IMG/VR virus record: IMGVR_UViG_3300042924_005659
DNA length: 64,000 nt
Direction: 5' to 3' (one strand)
From: a virus
Shown: positions 9,641 to 19,786 of the stretch, one piece after another
Position numbering within the stretch: the first letter of the stretch is position 1
Layout: every line of letters begins with the position of its first letter
Program-made: the position numbers and the translations under genes
The notes under the pieces: generated by a model
Database searches by the model: none
What the model was told of the DNA's origin: nothing
The model's input: only the letters and a program-made list of their open reading frames with translations

Positions 9641-11848
9641 TTAAGTTGATTTAACGAACTTGTACCTTAAAGACACTATTCCGAGTTTTCCAGAGTATCC
9701 ATCAGTAGAGGAGCGAGCCAGCTTAAAGAAAGTCTCTCCGCCTGCATAGGCGGTGTCTAGCTCCACCTGTGTGATAAAGTAGTCTTTAGGGGTGGCTGTA
9801 CCTGTAAGTATAGATAGGCCGCCCGATACAGCCCCATTTACGATATTAGCAGCATTCGTAAGGTTGTATTTCGTAGCAGGCGTTGTGGTAGGAGGAGGTT
9901 TCATGGTAACCCAGCTCAAATCCAATGCCGGCATCTGTACCGCTCCCGACGTATGCAGCGCCAAGAAGGTAATAACTAGATTGAGCTTATAGCTGCCTTC
10001 CAAATAGCCTGGAATATCTACCTTCCCGAGAATGGAGGAGTTCTTGCCCGGAGGCATTGCCGAATAGAATATGCTTGTAACGGCATCCTTCTCTATAAGG
10101 ATATCGTCGATTGTCAGAATGTCCGGCTGCCCTTCCAGCTTTCCATCCAGTCCAGCAACTCCTACTGTGACCTCTCCCTGGCCGTTTGCAAAGGTGGAGT
10201 TAAGGCTGATGTTAGTGCCTGCGATGATGCGTTCTACCACCCGGCCACGCTTCATTGCAAAGTTAGATATATCCTTAACTACTAGGGATCCCGCCTCGGT
10301 CGTGGAGGCATCCGTTACCGTGAACCCAGCCTTTATGATAAGCGGTCCAGTAGTCGCAGGTCTGCCGTCAGGATCTGATATCGTAATAGGAGAGTCTGCA
10401 GGAGTCTCAAGACTAGTTACTACCTTGATACCTCCACTAATTAGCTTGGTGTAAACCAGCGTAAGATCCGTAGGAGCCACTATCTGAGCAGCATCTGCTA
10501 AGCTCCAGTCTGTGAACTTTACGTTGGTATCTGGTAGTACGTGCTTGCCGTTGATCTTGTGCCAAGGCAAGGAGTTAAACGCGTCTTTCCACCATATGCC
10601 ATTGCTGTTTACGACAACGCTGATGTCGGTTTGCGCTACACCGTCCTTGAATACCACGTAAGTGCCGACTACCGTCTCCGGAAAGAGTTGATGAAGTCTG
10701 GGATCTGCATCAAAGTTATATCCGTACTTAGCACCATTTGGAATTGGAACATTTGGAAAGTACTGTCCTGTTGCCGGCAGCCAACCAGGCAAAGTAGGAT
10801 CTACGTACTGCCCCTTTATTAAATATCCTACGGTAGGAGAGGTGGAGTCAATCAAGGATACGTAGGATGTTGCCTGAGCGGCAGTGCTAGAGTTTGCCCC
10901 ATAGCTAACTCTATAGCCTGTAACGGTGCCAGTAACCTTAACAGCAATTCCCAACGAAGCAGCAGCCTTAAACACTAAAGAATAATCAGCGTTATTTAAA
11001 TTGAGCTGCTCAATGCCGTACTTGGTAAGAACTACATCCTTGAGCCTAAGCTCTCCTGACGTAATGGAATGCACTACGCCGGTAAGATAGATATTACCTA
11101 TAGTGTCAGGCGTAGCGTAGTTGTGACTGTATAGTTGAACCGCCGTGCCTGCAAGTAGAGCAGTTGCTGCCCCTGCTGGAAAAGCCTCGGGGTTAGATCC
11201 AAATATACGAGTAAGTACCAGCTCGGGAGTTGCCGGACGAGCGGTCAAAGGGAATCTCAAAGCCTGCGTATCTAGGGCAGTGGTCAGCGGAGGACGAACC
11301 AGCAAGTGCGTATCGTCCAGCAAAGTGCATACTGGAACGCTGACTAGTCCTGGCTTAGGAGTGATTGTGCCTGCGTTTAGCGCACCTGAGCTTAGATACA
11401 GCACTCCACGATCCTGCGGATTCAGCAGCAGATTGCTAACAATTGATTCGCCAGTGCAGTCAATGGCCACGTAGAGAGACGGGTCTACTAAGCCCTCAAC
11501 TACAATGACTCCGGAGTTGGCAGTATCCTTGTATACGACTATACCCGCAACCGTCGAGGACTCGGTAGCTTGCAGGTATCCGTCCTTGTACTCCATGTCT
11601 GCATAGGCGGGAGCAAACTTTGACGCAGTCGAATTAAAGTAAACTACATGGCCTGTTTTTACATCGTCTGTAAAAGGAGCACCAGTAATGAATATAGCGG
11701 CGGCAAGACTCTGCGCATCCTGGCGATCCTTGAGGTGCTGCGTGCGATAAGCCAGTTGTGCAATGGCGCGATTTGCGACCTCAGCGGTGATTGGCTCACC
11801 GTTTTTGATAGTCTCGATTACGCTCTGCCAGGGTTGAATTGAGCTCAT
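9641..11848 (-). CDS. Large baseplate-periphery or fibre-attachment structural protein
   Basis: 735 aa beta-rich ORF downstream of the wedge genes. N-terminal 'IKNGEPITAEVANRAIAQLAYRTQHLK' resembles fibre-anchoring N-termini. The function is inferred. Confidence 0.45.
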   Translation of the reverse strand: MSSIQPWQSVIETIKNGEPITAEVANRAIAQLAYRTQHLKDRQDAQSLAAAIFITGAPFTDDVKTGHVVYFNSTASKFAPAYADMEYKDGYLQATESSTVAGIVVYKDTANSGVIVVEGLVDPSLYVAIDCTGESIVSNLLLNPQDRGVLYLSSGALNAGTITPKPGLVSVPVCTLLDDTHLLVRPPLTTALDTQALRFPLTARPATPELVLTRIFGSNPEAFPAGAATALLAGTAVQLYSHNYATPDTIGNIYLTGVVHSITSGELRLKDVVLTKYGIEQLNLNNADYSLVFKAAASLGIAVKVTGTVTGYRVSYGANSSTAAQATSYVSLIDSTSPTVGYLIKGQYVDPTLPGWLPATGQYFPNVPIPNGAKYGYNFDADPRLHQLFPETVVGTYVVFKDGVAQTDISVVVNSNGIWWKDAFNSLPWHKINGKHVLPDTNVKFTDWSLADAAQIVAPTDLTLVYTKLISGGIKVVTSLETPADSPITISDPDGRPATTGPLIIKAGFTVTDASTTEAGSLVVKDISNFAMKRGRVVERIIAGTNISLNSTFANGQGEVTVGVAGLDGKLEGQPDILTIDDILIEKDAVTSIFYSAMPPGKNSSILGKVDIPGYLEGSYKLNLVITFLALHTSGAVQMPALDLSWVTMKPPPTTTPATKYNLTNAANIVNGAVSGGLSILTGTATPKDYFITQVELDTAYAGGETFFKLARSSTDGYSGKLGIVSLRYKFVKST

Positions 11849-11852
11849 AGGA

Positions 11853-12356
11853 TTATGGCGCCGTTACGCTAACAGTAAGAGGGAAAGTTACAAAAAGCTC
11901 AGAGCTAGCCGTCTTGGTTAGGTACTCAGCTCCGCCGGTGAAGTAAGCACGAGCTAGGATAATATCTGAAGTACGCTCATTTTCCACCTCGGCTAATACC
12001 AGGGCTGCCCCATAGCATATGGAGCCTGTGCCGAAGGCGGTTCCACCTAACTCTCCAGCGGAGGTGGCGCTAGACTGCCCAAAGAAATTAGTGGTGGTTG
12101 AGTAGGTACTTCCAACTACAGTAGAGATGAGATTTGGATCTCTGATTGCTGGTACTCTCAAATAGTTCTTATTTGAAAGTTCGCTGTAGTATGTTTTTGG
12201 ATTTGAAAAATTAGATATAGCTGCAGCACTTGTAAAGCCGACAGGAATATTACCGGCATTATTGGTGTACTCTAAGTACAGGTAGATCTTATGCGGCTGC
12301 TCAGCTACAGCTCGGGCAATACCTAATGGAAGTTCTGCAGTAAATGTGGTGATCAT
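11853..12356 (-). CDS. Putative baseplate wedge or tail-collar protein
   Basis: Position after the J/I-like genes; beta-rich 167 aa. Confidence 0.4.
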   Translation of the reverse strand: MITTFTAELPLGIARAVAEQPHKIYLYLEYTNNAGNIPVGFTSAAAISNFSNPKTYYSELSNKNYLRVPAIRDPNLISTVVGSTYSTTTNFFGQSSATSAGELGGTAFGTGSICYGAALVLAEVENERTSDIILARAYFTGGAEYLTKTASSELFVTFPLTVSVTAP

Positions 12357-12359
12357 AGA

Positions 12360-13553
12360 TCAATATCCGTAGATTGAGTATTTTACCTTCGCTGTGGCTT
12401 TAACAGAAGCCTGACTTTCATTTATAGTCAAAGCGGGAACTATCTGGCTGTACGAAGCTTTAGTGTTAAAGCTAAAATTTGCTTGGTTTATTGAAGTCGC
12501 TGGAACGTCTATATTTGTAAATATAAGCACCTTAACATCGACTGGCAGCATGGTCTTAAATGCTTTTAAAGCCGCTGCTTGAGGCCCCTGAATATCGCAT
12601 TTAATAATTACCATCGAGCTGGCTATTGCCGAACTGCGTCCGTATTTAAAAGTCTTAGGATCTCTATATACGGCCGGTATATCGGCTGCTAAGTATATAT
12701 CCTTATCGTGGAGTATCTGCAGCCGAGAGTCTAAGGGCGTACCTTGAGGCAGTATCTGGTTTATTTTTATAGGGTTAGACTTGTAGGCAGAGGTTGCATA
12801 AGCTCCGGAGTCTGTAATGATTAGAGCTAAGCCTTGCTGAAGTTCAAAGACCTCGACTGTTTCGTCTTTTTGCGTAACAGGAGTGCCGGAACAGGATCCT
12901 AGCATGTTCAGCATGTCTAAATAGGTAGGTCCGTAAGTACCAAGCCTCCACAGATACTTAAACGGAACTTTTGAGTAGACCTTATCCGACAGCTGAATTC
13001 CCAACGCGTAACCAAGCCTACTGGTTGTAAAGCCTGCCTCCCTAACAACATTTCTGGCATATAGCGTTACTTCCCTATTAGCTCCCTTTTCTGTGTCCTC
13101 AATTGTTCTCAAGGGCTTTTGAAACTTAATGACTCCTGCTTCCAACTTATAGTCTATGCCTTGCGTAAGAACTTTGGTTGGATTACTTACGTCATCGTAT
13201 AAATAGGGAATATCCAATACGTCGGAGTCTATGACGTAGGATATTCTGCTGTTGTCCAGCTGTCCATATGCGTACATAACTCCAGACAAACCATACTTTT
13301 TATTGAAGTCTCCGTACACGATTGGACTTTGCGTGTATGCACTAAATACTATTTTAGTCCATACGTGAGTTTGCCCTGCAGGTATTTCCTGGTTGCCTAC
13401 GGATCTGACCAATTCCGTAGCAGCTCGCTCAGACTGTTCGTGGTTTGACAAAACCCCCTGAAATAACTTTTTCAGTAGCTCTTTGCTACCAAATAGCCGA
13501 CTCCAGAATGAGCCTAGTAGAGCCAGAAGTTGTCTAGGGTATAAGCTGTTCAT
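12360..13553 (-). CDS. Baseplate wedge protein (P2 gpI / T4 gp7-like)
   Basis: Immediately follows the baseplate J-like gene with ATGA overlap; N-terminal LGSFWSRLF and C-terminal 'LKAFKTMLPVDV' are typical of wedge partners. Confidence 0.55.
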   Translation of the reverse strand: MNSLYPRQLLALLGSFWSRLFGSKELLKKLFQGVLSNHEQSERAATELVRSVGNQEIPAGQTHVWTKIVFSAYTQSPIVYGDFNKKYGLSGVMYAYGQLDNSRISYVIDSDVLDIPYLYDDVSNPTKVLTQGIDYKLEAGVIKFQKPLRTIEDTEKGANREVTLYARNVVREAGFTTSRLGYALGIQLSDKVYSKVPFKYLWRLGTYGPTYLDMLNMLGSCSGTPVTQKDETVEVFELQQGLALIITDSGAYATSAYKSNPIKINQILPQGTPLDSRLQILHDKDIYLAADIPAVYRDPKTFKYGRSSAIASSMVIIKCDIQGPQAAALKAFKTMLPVDVKVLIFTNIDVPATSINQANFSFNTKASYSQIVPALTINESQASVKATAKVKYSIYGY

Positions 13554-15313
13554 CTACGGCATTCCACAACGGCAATGTCGACCAACGCCGACTCTAGGAA
13601 GAAGGCTACCGTATTCTGAGTCAGTCCTCTGCTGGGCATCTTCGGCGGCTTAAGAGCATCGGACGAGTAGATAATGTCCTTTTCCAGCTTTTGTCCAATT
13701 ACGACAGCGTACAGGTGAACTGGCAGATCCACGGTATATCCAGAAGGAATATTCTGGTATGCGGTATGAATTAGTGCACTGGCCGGAATGGATTGGCCCA
13801 TCTCGAAGGAGTTAAACTTCGATACAAGGGCGGCCTTCAATGCAGCCATATCTGGATCCTGAGCTCCCGCAGGTTTGATCAATCGCATTTCCAGACTGCA
13901 CATAGCTGGAATAGGAGCGTGCACCAGAACGTCGGCACTGAGGCTCCGCTCGGCAGCCGAGTCAACGTAGCCCTGGATCTCAACTATGTTTGGCATCTTG
14001 AGATACTCGACATAGAAGTAGAAGAAGTCTACGAACCCTTCGCCAGTATTTAGAAATAGATTGCAGGGACCCGTTGGTGCCGTAGGGGACGGAACTACAC
14101 TGGAGGTCTCAACATACTCGTTGGCCAACCAAGGATTGGGGTTTCCCAGGCTGCCATTCTCTATCAGGCCCAGAGCAAGAGGAGTAGCGGCTTCCTTGAT
14201 GTGCGGATATGGCACTAGGAATCTAATAGTGGCCTTTTGATAAGCCGTAAATGCTGCGGATTCCGGCCCTTGTACCAAGTGCAGCGAATTACCTTCTAGC
14301 GTACGAACATCGGAAACCAGCTCGAGCCCTGCCTGCTGAGAAAGCGTGGACTTAATGTTTTCTACTGAGTACATTCCTGCCGCTTTAGAGGACGGCAGTA
14401 CGATTTCAAAGAGAGCCTCCTGATTGCTGACATCGTAGGAGATCATCTGCGCAGCAAGCTTCTCTTGAACTCTGGATGGATATGCGGCAGACTTTACGTA
14501 CAGGTCTATTCTATTGCCAATGTGGACTCCATCCACCAGGTCTCTGGTCATCTCCGGATCAAGGAATCCTACGACTCCAACATCCTTTATTCCCGAGAAC
14601 TGAGTTTTCAGCTTGGCCTTTATGTGATCTCTACCGCCAAATACCTTACCTACAATTCCGGTCTTGGCCTTGGATAGCAGAGTCACGTTGTCGTCCTCGT
14701 CTGCACCTCCAGTAAAATCGGAATCAGCCTTTGCTGAAGTAAGAGTGGAAACACTGGGAGTCACTCCGGTGACAACAGTGGTTGCTCGGATGTTTCCGGC
14801 AGATCCTGGCGTAACCGCAATAAGATCTATGACCACCGTGTATAAGGATCCGGACTGTTCAAAGACTCTTTGATTGGAGGCGCCGGTATAGTTCTCTAGC
14901 GAGACCAGGACGTAAGAGGCTGCCGGCTGGAACAACAGGCCTGCCATGGTAAACTGCATGTCCTTGGGGATTACGGTCGAGTTGTTCGACGAAAAGAACA
15001 TTCTAAGCGTACCGGACGCCGTCGACCCTTGGGCTCGGGTGACATTGAAGTTAGACAAGACTCTTTCAAGCTGGGTATCGTCCACCGCATCAGGGTTCTT
15101 AGATATCTCCAACAGGCTGCTTGAGATCAACGCTAAGTCGATCTGCTCCTGAATCCTCGTCTCCAAGTGAGCGTACAGCTTTATTACTAAGTCTCGCAAC
15201 ACTGTTCCAGCCGACAAATCCAAGGTGGGATAAGCCGACTGAACAAATGCTATAATCTGCTCTTCCTTTGAGAACACCGCTTCTGGAGACTGATCTGCTA
15301 TTGGAGTTTCCAT
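13550..15313 (-). CDS. Baseplate J / T4 gp6-like wedge protein
   Basis: LDLSAGTVLRDLVIK...LERVLSNFNVTRAQGSTASGTLRMFFS, 'IAVTPGSAGNI' and 'FTGGADEDDNVTLL' are hallmark baseplate J motifs. Confidence 0.85.
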   Translation of the reverse strand: METPIADQSPEAVFSKEEQIIAFVQSAYPTLDLSAGTVLRDLVIKLYAHLETRIQEQIDLALISSSLLEISKNPDAVDDTQLERVLSNFNVTRAQGSTASGTLRMFFSSNNSTVIPKDMQFTMAGLLFQPAASYVLVSLENYTGASNQRVFEQSGSLYTVVIDLIAVTPGSAGNIRATTVVTGVTPSVSTLTSAKADSDFTGGADEDDNVTLLSKAKTGIVGKVFGGRDHIKAKLKTQFSGIKDVGVVGFLDPEMTRDLVDGVHIGNRIDLYVKSAAYPSRVQEKLAAQMISYDVSNQEALFEIVLPSSKAAGMYSVENIKSTLSQQAGLELVSDVRTLEGNSLHLVQGPESAAFTAYQKATIRFLVPYPHIKEAATPLALGLIENGSLGNPNPWLANEYVETSSVVPSPTAPTGPCNLFLNTGEGFVDFFYFYVEYLKMPNIVEIQGYVDSAAERSLSADVLVHAPIPAMCSLEMRLIKPAGAQDPDMAALKAALVSKFNSFEMGQSIPASALIHTAYQNIPSGYTVDLPVHLYAVVIGQKLEKDIIYSSDALKPPKMPSRGLTQNTVAFFLESALVDIAVVECRR

Positions 15314-15314
15314 A

Positions 15315-15770
15315 TTACACCGTGGAGATGGTCACAGGGACCAAGATTGTTGAAGAGTCTTGAAATGTGAAGCGCAAGGACATTACCGCAGAGTCCAGAG
15401 TGACACTGAGTCCCTCTAGGGCGACGTCCTCCAACGCCTCGTCGACACTAGGAGCAAGCACAGAGCTCTTTATGTAGTTGATTATGTCGTTCTTTTCAGA
15501 GTAAAAGGCAAAAGACAAAGCCAGGGAGGTATGTATCTGTCCGCCAAAAAGCTTTGTTACAAAAGAAGTGCCGTACTCTGGCTCGCTGGCCACAGATCCT
15601 TTATCGGTCATCAGGCACTTAAAGAACTTTTGCACTACTTTGTACGGACCGGATATAGCAGAGCCCGAGTCAGATATGGCGATATTGACTGGCGCTATAC
15701 CTCCATAGCTAGGAGTCTCTAGCACGCATACATCTACAGCTTTTCCTATGTAGGATTGGGATACGGCCAT
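15315..15770 (-). CDS. Baseplate wedge gp25-like (sheath initiator)
   Basis: 151 aa with 'KVVQKFFKCLMTDKGSVASEPEYGTSF', immediately upstream of baseplate J. Confidence 0.7.
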   Translation of the reverse strand: MAVSQSYIGKAVDVCVLETPSYGGIAPVNIAISDSGSAISGPYKVVQKFFKCLMTDKGSVASEPEYGTSFVTKLFGGQIHTSLALSFAFYSEKNDIINYIKSSVLAPSVDEALEDVALEGLSVTLDSAVMSLRFTFQDSSTILVPVTISTV

Positions 15771-16186
15771 TAGTCCTTACCCTCCTCTACTGCCAGGAAC
15801 TTCTCGACATTGGCTTGCATTGTCGCCAGCATTCCGGAGTTCTCGCGCTGAATGTTTTTGCGACGACCTGCCTCATCAAGAATTCTGTGTATTCTGTTTG
15901 AATACCTGAAAGCCATATCTCTATGTGCGGCAGCCACCATGTCGTGTTGCAGCTGGGCCTTCATGGCATCAAAGAATTTGAACTTGTCCTTGCCTACTGC
16001 GTCAAGAAACTCCTGGGCCAGTTCGTTTCTATCAAACTGCTTTACCAGGTCCGCTGGAGTGTTGTCGTACTCTTTAGGCTCCCAAAGCAGTCTGAACGAC
16101 CCAGAAGACAACACACCTCCGCCGCTGGCAGAGTTCTTGGTTGCCTCCTTGATGGCGTCAAATATCTTTTGAGCCGCAGAATTCAC
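15770..16186 (-). CDS. Hypothetical helical protein
   Basis: In-operon ORF coupled to the sigma gene (GTGA-type overlap); no recognised motif. Confidence 0.55.
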   Translation of the reverse strand: MNSAAQKIFDAIKEATKNSASGGGVLSSGSFRLLWEPKEYDNTPADLVKQFDRNELAQEFLDAVGKDKFKFFDAMKAQLQHDMVAAAHRDMAFRYSNRIHRILDEAGRRKNIQRENSGMLATMQANVEKFLAVEEGKD

Positions 16187-16932
16187 AAGCCTCTCCTGTT
16201 CAATTGAGCGTATTCATCTAATCTTGCTGCAATGGACGTCGTGAGCTGACTGACTCTGCCTGGGCTTATTTTCAGTTTTTTGGCAATGTCGTTATTGCTC
16301 AACATCTTCTTATTGTTGTAGCCTAGCTTGTGTTCGAGAATAACCTGCTCCTGCGGAGTGAACGAGCTATACATGGTGTCCAGTACGTCTTTTTGAAATC
16401 CTGGATTCTGGGCTACGGTAATCTCCTGAGAGGTCACTGGATTATCTCCGGAGAACGCCGTAGAGCCTTCGCTGAAGACTCGTTTGTCCATTCCACGAAT
16501 TTTATTTAGCTGTCGGACGGACATACCTGTCAGATCAGCGAGCTCTCCGTCGCTGGCCACTCTGCCTTTGTTCTCATAGAACTCGGCCTCGTATCTCTTA
16601 AGTGCACTGATCTGCTGGTAGGCCCTTTCAGGAACAGGAGATGGGGTGAGCTCTCTAGAGTATCTGCTGAGAGGCTGTAGCTGCGTATAGACCCAGCTGC
16701 GCAAAGACGACCCCGAATTAGGAGCGTATTTCTTTATTGCCTTGGCGGCCAATAACTTGGCTCTGGTCTTTACTGCAGGCCCAGCATTGAGTCCTGAGTA
16801 GGCGTACACAGCCTTATCGATATCTGGACCGAGCTGATCCAACATCGCCTGCATCTGCGTAGAGTTTTGGCCTTTGGACCAGACTGCGTACATATCATCA
16901 AGAGATTGTTTTTTAATTGGAATAGGGTCCAT
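16183..16932 (-). CDS. Sigma70-family RNA polymerase sigma factor (regions 2, 3, 4; no region 1)
   Basis: Region 2: KAIKKYAPNSGSSLRSWVYTQL; region 3: ENKGRVASDGELADLTGMS; region 4 HTH: FTPQEQVILEHKLG...SNNDIAKKLKISPGRVSQL. Confidence 0.85.
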   Translation of the reverse strand: MDPIPIKKQSLDDMYAVWSKGQNSTQMQAMLDQLGPDIDKAVYAYSGLNAGPAVKTRAKLLAAKAIKKYAPNSGSSLRSWVYTQLQPLSRYSRELTPSPVPERAYQQISALKRYEAEFYENKGRVASDGELADLTGMSVRQLNKIRGMDKRVFSEGSTAFSGDNPVTSQEITVAQNPGFQKDVLDTMYSSFTPQEQVILEHKLGYNNKKMLSNNDIAKKLKISPGRVSQLTTSIAARLDEYAQLNRRGL

Positions 16933-16941
16933 AAGGCTATT

Positions 16942-18558
16942 TTACACTTTTTTCAACGGAGATTCAGCATTGGTTGGCTTGTTTAGAAATAATCCTGCAG
17001 GCTCGCCAGAATCAGACACTCCAAACATATCTAAATCCTGACTTTCCATTAAATGCCGCAATCTATAGGAGGTCATTATTTTATTGGATGCTGCTGAGAG
17101 GGTATACGTAACGGCTTCTACAATGCCGCGCTTTATCCAATTTTTAGCCAGTCCTGATACGTTTGCTCCTGACGCAGAACCAGCGGAGCGGTAAATCTTT
17201 ACGCAATCCCCAGGAGCTACATCAAGTCTAAATCCGCACATTACGTCCTGAGTCTTGGTAGAGAACACCTTGGAGAAGTAGTATGACTTGGCTAGTTCGT
17301 CCGCAAAACCCTTTGGTACAGATTGCTGAGTAGCGTTCGTATTTGGAGCCTTGGGGCTGGTAATCGGCACTATGCCTACCTGGGACTTAAACTGCCCATC
17401 GGGGACTTGGCTACCTCTAACGTTGCTTAAATACTCTGGGGTCGGAAACACTATAAACGGACCTCCATCCACCTTGCCTTGAAATGGAGCCACGTATTGA
17501 CCTGTGAAGTTGCCCTCAACTACGCTCTTGTCGATGTTTACAATGGAAGAGCCTGTGCCTCCACCGTACATGATTGCACCTATAGGTAGCTGTGCAGGAT
17601 TTGCAGAACTGCCTCCAAAGTCGCACTCCGAGTCCGGAATAAAGACGTCCACTGGAGCGAGTGGGTTGTAGGACATCATCAGGCACTCATCTACTCTTGG
17701 AGCCAGCACGGCGCCAAAAGCAGACGATAAAGAAACAAATTTCTCAAAAGCGCTGCTTCCACCGCTGCCGGTAAATATCACGGTTCCGACTAAATCATTT
17801 ATGGCGTGGGTGACCAGAGTTGCCGACCCCAACGCACTAGAGGCCTTGGAGTTAAGCTTCATCTTGCCTTTGGAGTATATTCTCTCCATGGCGGCAATGG
17901 CTGCCCCGTTGTTTGAAGGAGTATCGCTAGTTCGGAATCTCCTCAGAGGCTGACCTGCCTTGTATATTGCCGCAGGCCTAATGATGTCCTCCCACCAATC
18001 CTGCGACACATAGGCACTGTCTGCTACCACCTGCCCCTGACCTATGTATGTAGGCTGGACATGGTCTTTGTTCGGCAAAGAAGAGTCTTGAACGGTAAAC
18101 CAGGAGTCAGGTGCGTTTTTGTCGAAGTCGCCAGATGCAAATGAAGCCAGGTCCAGATCGTACATCCAGTGCACTAGTACAACGGTGGTAGCCACTCCAG
18201 TAGTGCTGAAATCCGCTGAACTTGACAGCACGTATCCGTCAAACAATACCCATTCGCCATCTCCTTGTGGAGTAGCCTTCGAGCCGTTTGGATGCGGCTT
18301 TCCAGAACCCTTAACTCTGAGCTTTGCCGACTTTCTGCCGGTAAGGTCCTGCGGGTCCAGAAGTTGGTTTCCGCCCGACGCGTTTGCGTTATTAAACGTG
18401 ATTCCTGACGGCACAACTACTCTAGCGATGGGAATTTGATTAAGTACAAACTCGACCACTGCCTCCACCACAGGCACAGTCTTGCCATTTACCTCCAGGT
18501 CTACCGAGACCTTGTAGGCGGCATGCTTGGCGCTGAGAGTGCTTGGAGTATTGGCCAT
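16942..18558 (-). CDS. Baseplate hub protein (T4 gp27 / Mu gp44-like)
   Basis: N-terminal VDLEVNGKTVPVVEAVVEFVLNQIPIARVVV and C-terminal RLDVAPGDCVKI...IVEAVTYTL...TSYRL; position after the tape measure. Confidence 0.6.
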   Translation of the reverse strand: MANTPSTLSAKHAAYKVSVDLEVNGKTVPVVEAVVEFVLNQIPIARVVVPSGITFNNANASGGNQLLDPQDLTGRKSAKLRVKGSGKPHPNGSKATPQGDGEWVLFDGYVLSSSADFSTTGVATTVVLVHWMYDLDLASFASGDFDKNAPDSWFTVQDSSLPNKDHVQPTYIGQGQVVADSAYVSQDWWEDIIRPAAIYKAGQPLRRFRTSDTPSNNGAAIAAMERIYSKGKMKLNSKASSALGSATLVTHAINDLVGTVIFTGSGGSSAFEKFVSLSSAFGAVLAPRVDECLMMSYNPLAPVDVFIPDSECDFGGSSANPAQLPIGAIMYGGGTGSSIVNIDKSVVEGNFTGQYVAPFQGKVDGGPFIVFPTPEYLSNVRGSQVPDGQFKSQVGIVPITSPKAPNTNATQQSVPKGFADELAKSYYFSKVFSTKTQDVMCGFRLDVAPGDCVKIYRSAGSASGANVSGLAKNWIKRGIVEAVTYTLSAASNKIMTSYRLRHLMESQDLDMFGVSDSGEPAGLFLNKPTNAESPLKKV

Positions 18559-19295
18559 TAGATTTCGTTGATAGCAAGAATAAAAGCGGCAATGGCATCT
18601 TCGATGATGGTGCCATTCAGAATAGCGTCGCTGTATTCTAATTTGTTTGCAGTGATTCGGGATACCAGATCTGGCTTAGAGAGTATTGCGGAGTATATAG
18701 GCATGCAATCGCCGGAATAAGGAGTACGAACAGTGGCAGAGAATGATACTTCGTCTCCGGTACCTGCACTGCACGTAAACGCCATTGCGTAGCCAGAAGT
18801 TCCAACTGCCGTATGATTTAGCGTCGAAGAGAAGCTGGCAGCCTGCATTCCGTTGACGCTAAACGTAAGGTTTGGAAAAGTACCAGTGACGGAAACTCTC
18901 CACATGTTTCCAAAGGGATCCGCCGTTCCAGTAATAATCGACGAGTACTTTATGTACTGAGAGGCCTGATTAACGACGACACCTATGGCGTCCTCGAATA
19001 TAGGCATAAGCTCATCAACTGACTCCAAATAGGAGCGCCAGTTTATCTTGTCAGCAAATTTGCTGTTTCTAATTATGAAGGACAGATGCCTAACTCTGCG
19101 GGCCACAAACTCCGGATCCGTAGAATCCAGGCCAAGCAATTTTGCTGCAGCCTCGTAATCTGCGCTGTATGCCAATGGCACTGAATCTGCAATTGCCGGA
19201 ATACCTGGCACAAAAGCCAGGTCCTGGCGGTTTGCTAACAGCTTTGCAAACGGAGCATCAGCAGGAACAGGATTGGAGCTTGAGTAAAACAGCAT
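18558..19295 (-). CDS. Hypothetical baseplate-module protein
   Basis: In-operon ORF between the tube-like and hub-like genes. Confidence 0.5.
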   Translation of the reverse strand: MLFYSSSNPVPADAPFAKLLANRQDLAFVPGIPAIADSVPLAYSADYEAAAKLLGLDSTDPEFVARRVRHLSFIIRNSKFADKINWRSYLESVDELMPIFEDAIGVVVNQASQYIKYSSIITGTADPFGNMWRVSVTGTFPNLTFSVNGMQAASFSSTLNHTAVGTSGYAMAFTCSAGTGDEVSFSATVRTPYSGDCMPIYSAILSKPDLVSRITANKLEYSDAILNGTIIEDAIAAFILAINEI

Positions 19296-19297
19296 GT

Positions 19298-19786
19298 TTA
19301 TTTACTGGGAATGATGGACATGGTGATGCTGAACTTTGCAAATCCGAACTCTGCGGGAGAGCTGCCAATTTCCAAAGTCATGCCTTCTATAAAGCCTTCT
19401 AGAACCACGGGCATTATCTGCAGCTTTACCGGAGTCTGAACTGCAGAAAAATTAGAAGCCTTATTATTGTTGTAGAAGTCTATGACCTTTTGTGCTGCGC
19501 TGTAATCTCTGGTTCCTCCGGTGCACACGGATGCAGGCAAAGCCATTCCCGTTATGATCGCCTTGGACATCTCGTTGCCAAGAGGATAGATGTACAGAGA
19601 GTCTCCCAGAGTGCTGAAGTATGCCACCTTGATCTGCTGGCTTACTGCAACTGAGCTTATGAGTATGTCGACACTGTTATTTACAAGTGCCGCTTTTCCA
19701 GTGAGTTCGATGTTAGACATCTGCCCTGGAGTCGCGCCGTCTATATGTACTACGGCACCGCTAGAACGTGCAAATAGATCAGGCAT
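19298..19786 (-). CDS. Tail tube initiator / tube-fold baseplate protein
   Basis: SSVAVSQQIKVAYFSTLGDSLYIYPLG parallels the tube protein's QNLQLSYQQQVSFVYDLAKADDVYYIAG; follows the tape measure. Confidence 0.6.
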   Translation of the reverse strand: MPDLFARSSGAVVHIDGATPGQMSNIELTGKAALVNNSVDILISSVAVSQQIKVAYFSTLGDSLYIYPLGNEMSKAIITGMALPASVCTGGTRDYSAAQKVIDFYNNNKASNFSAVQTPVKLQIMPVVLEGFIEGMTLEIGSSPAEFGFAKFSITMSIIPSK

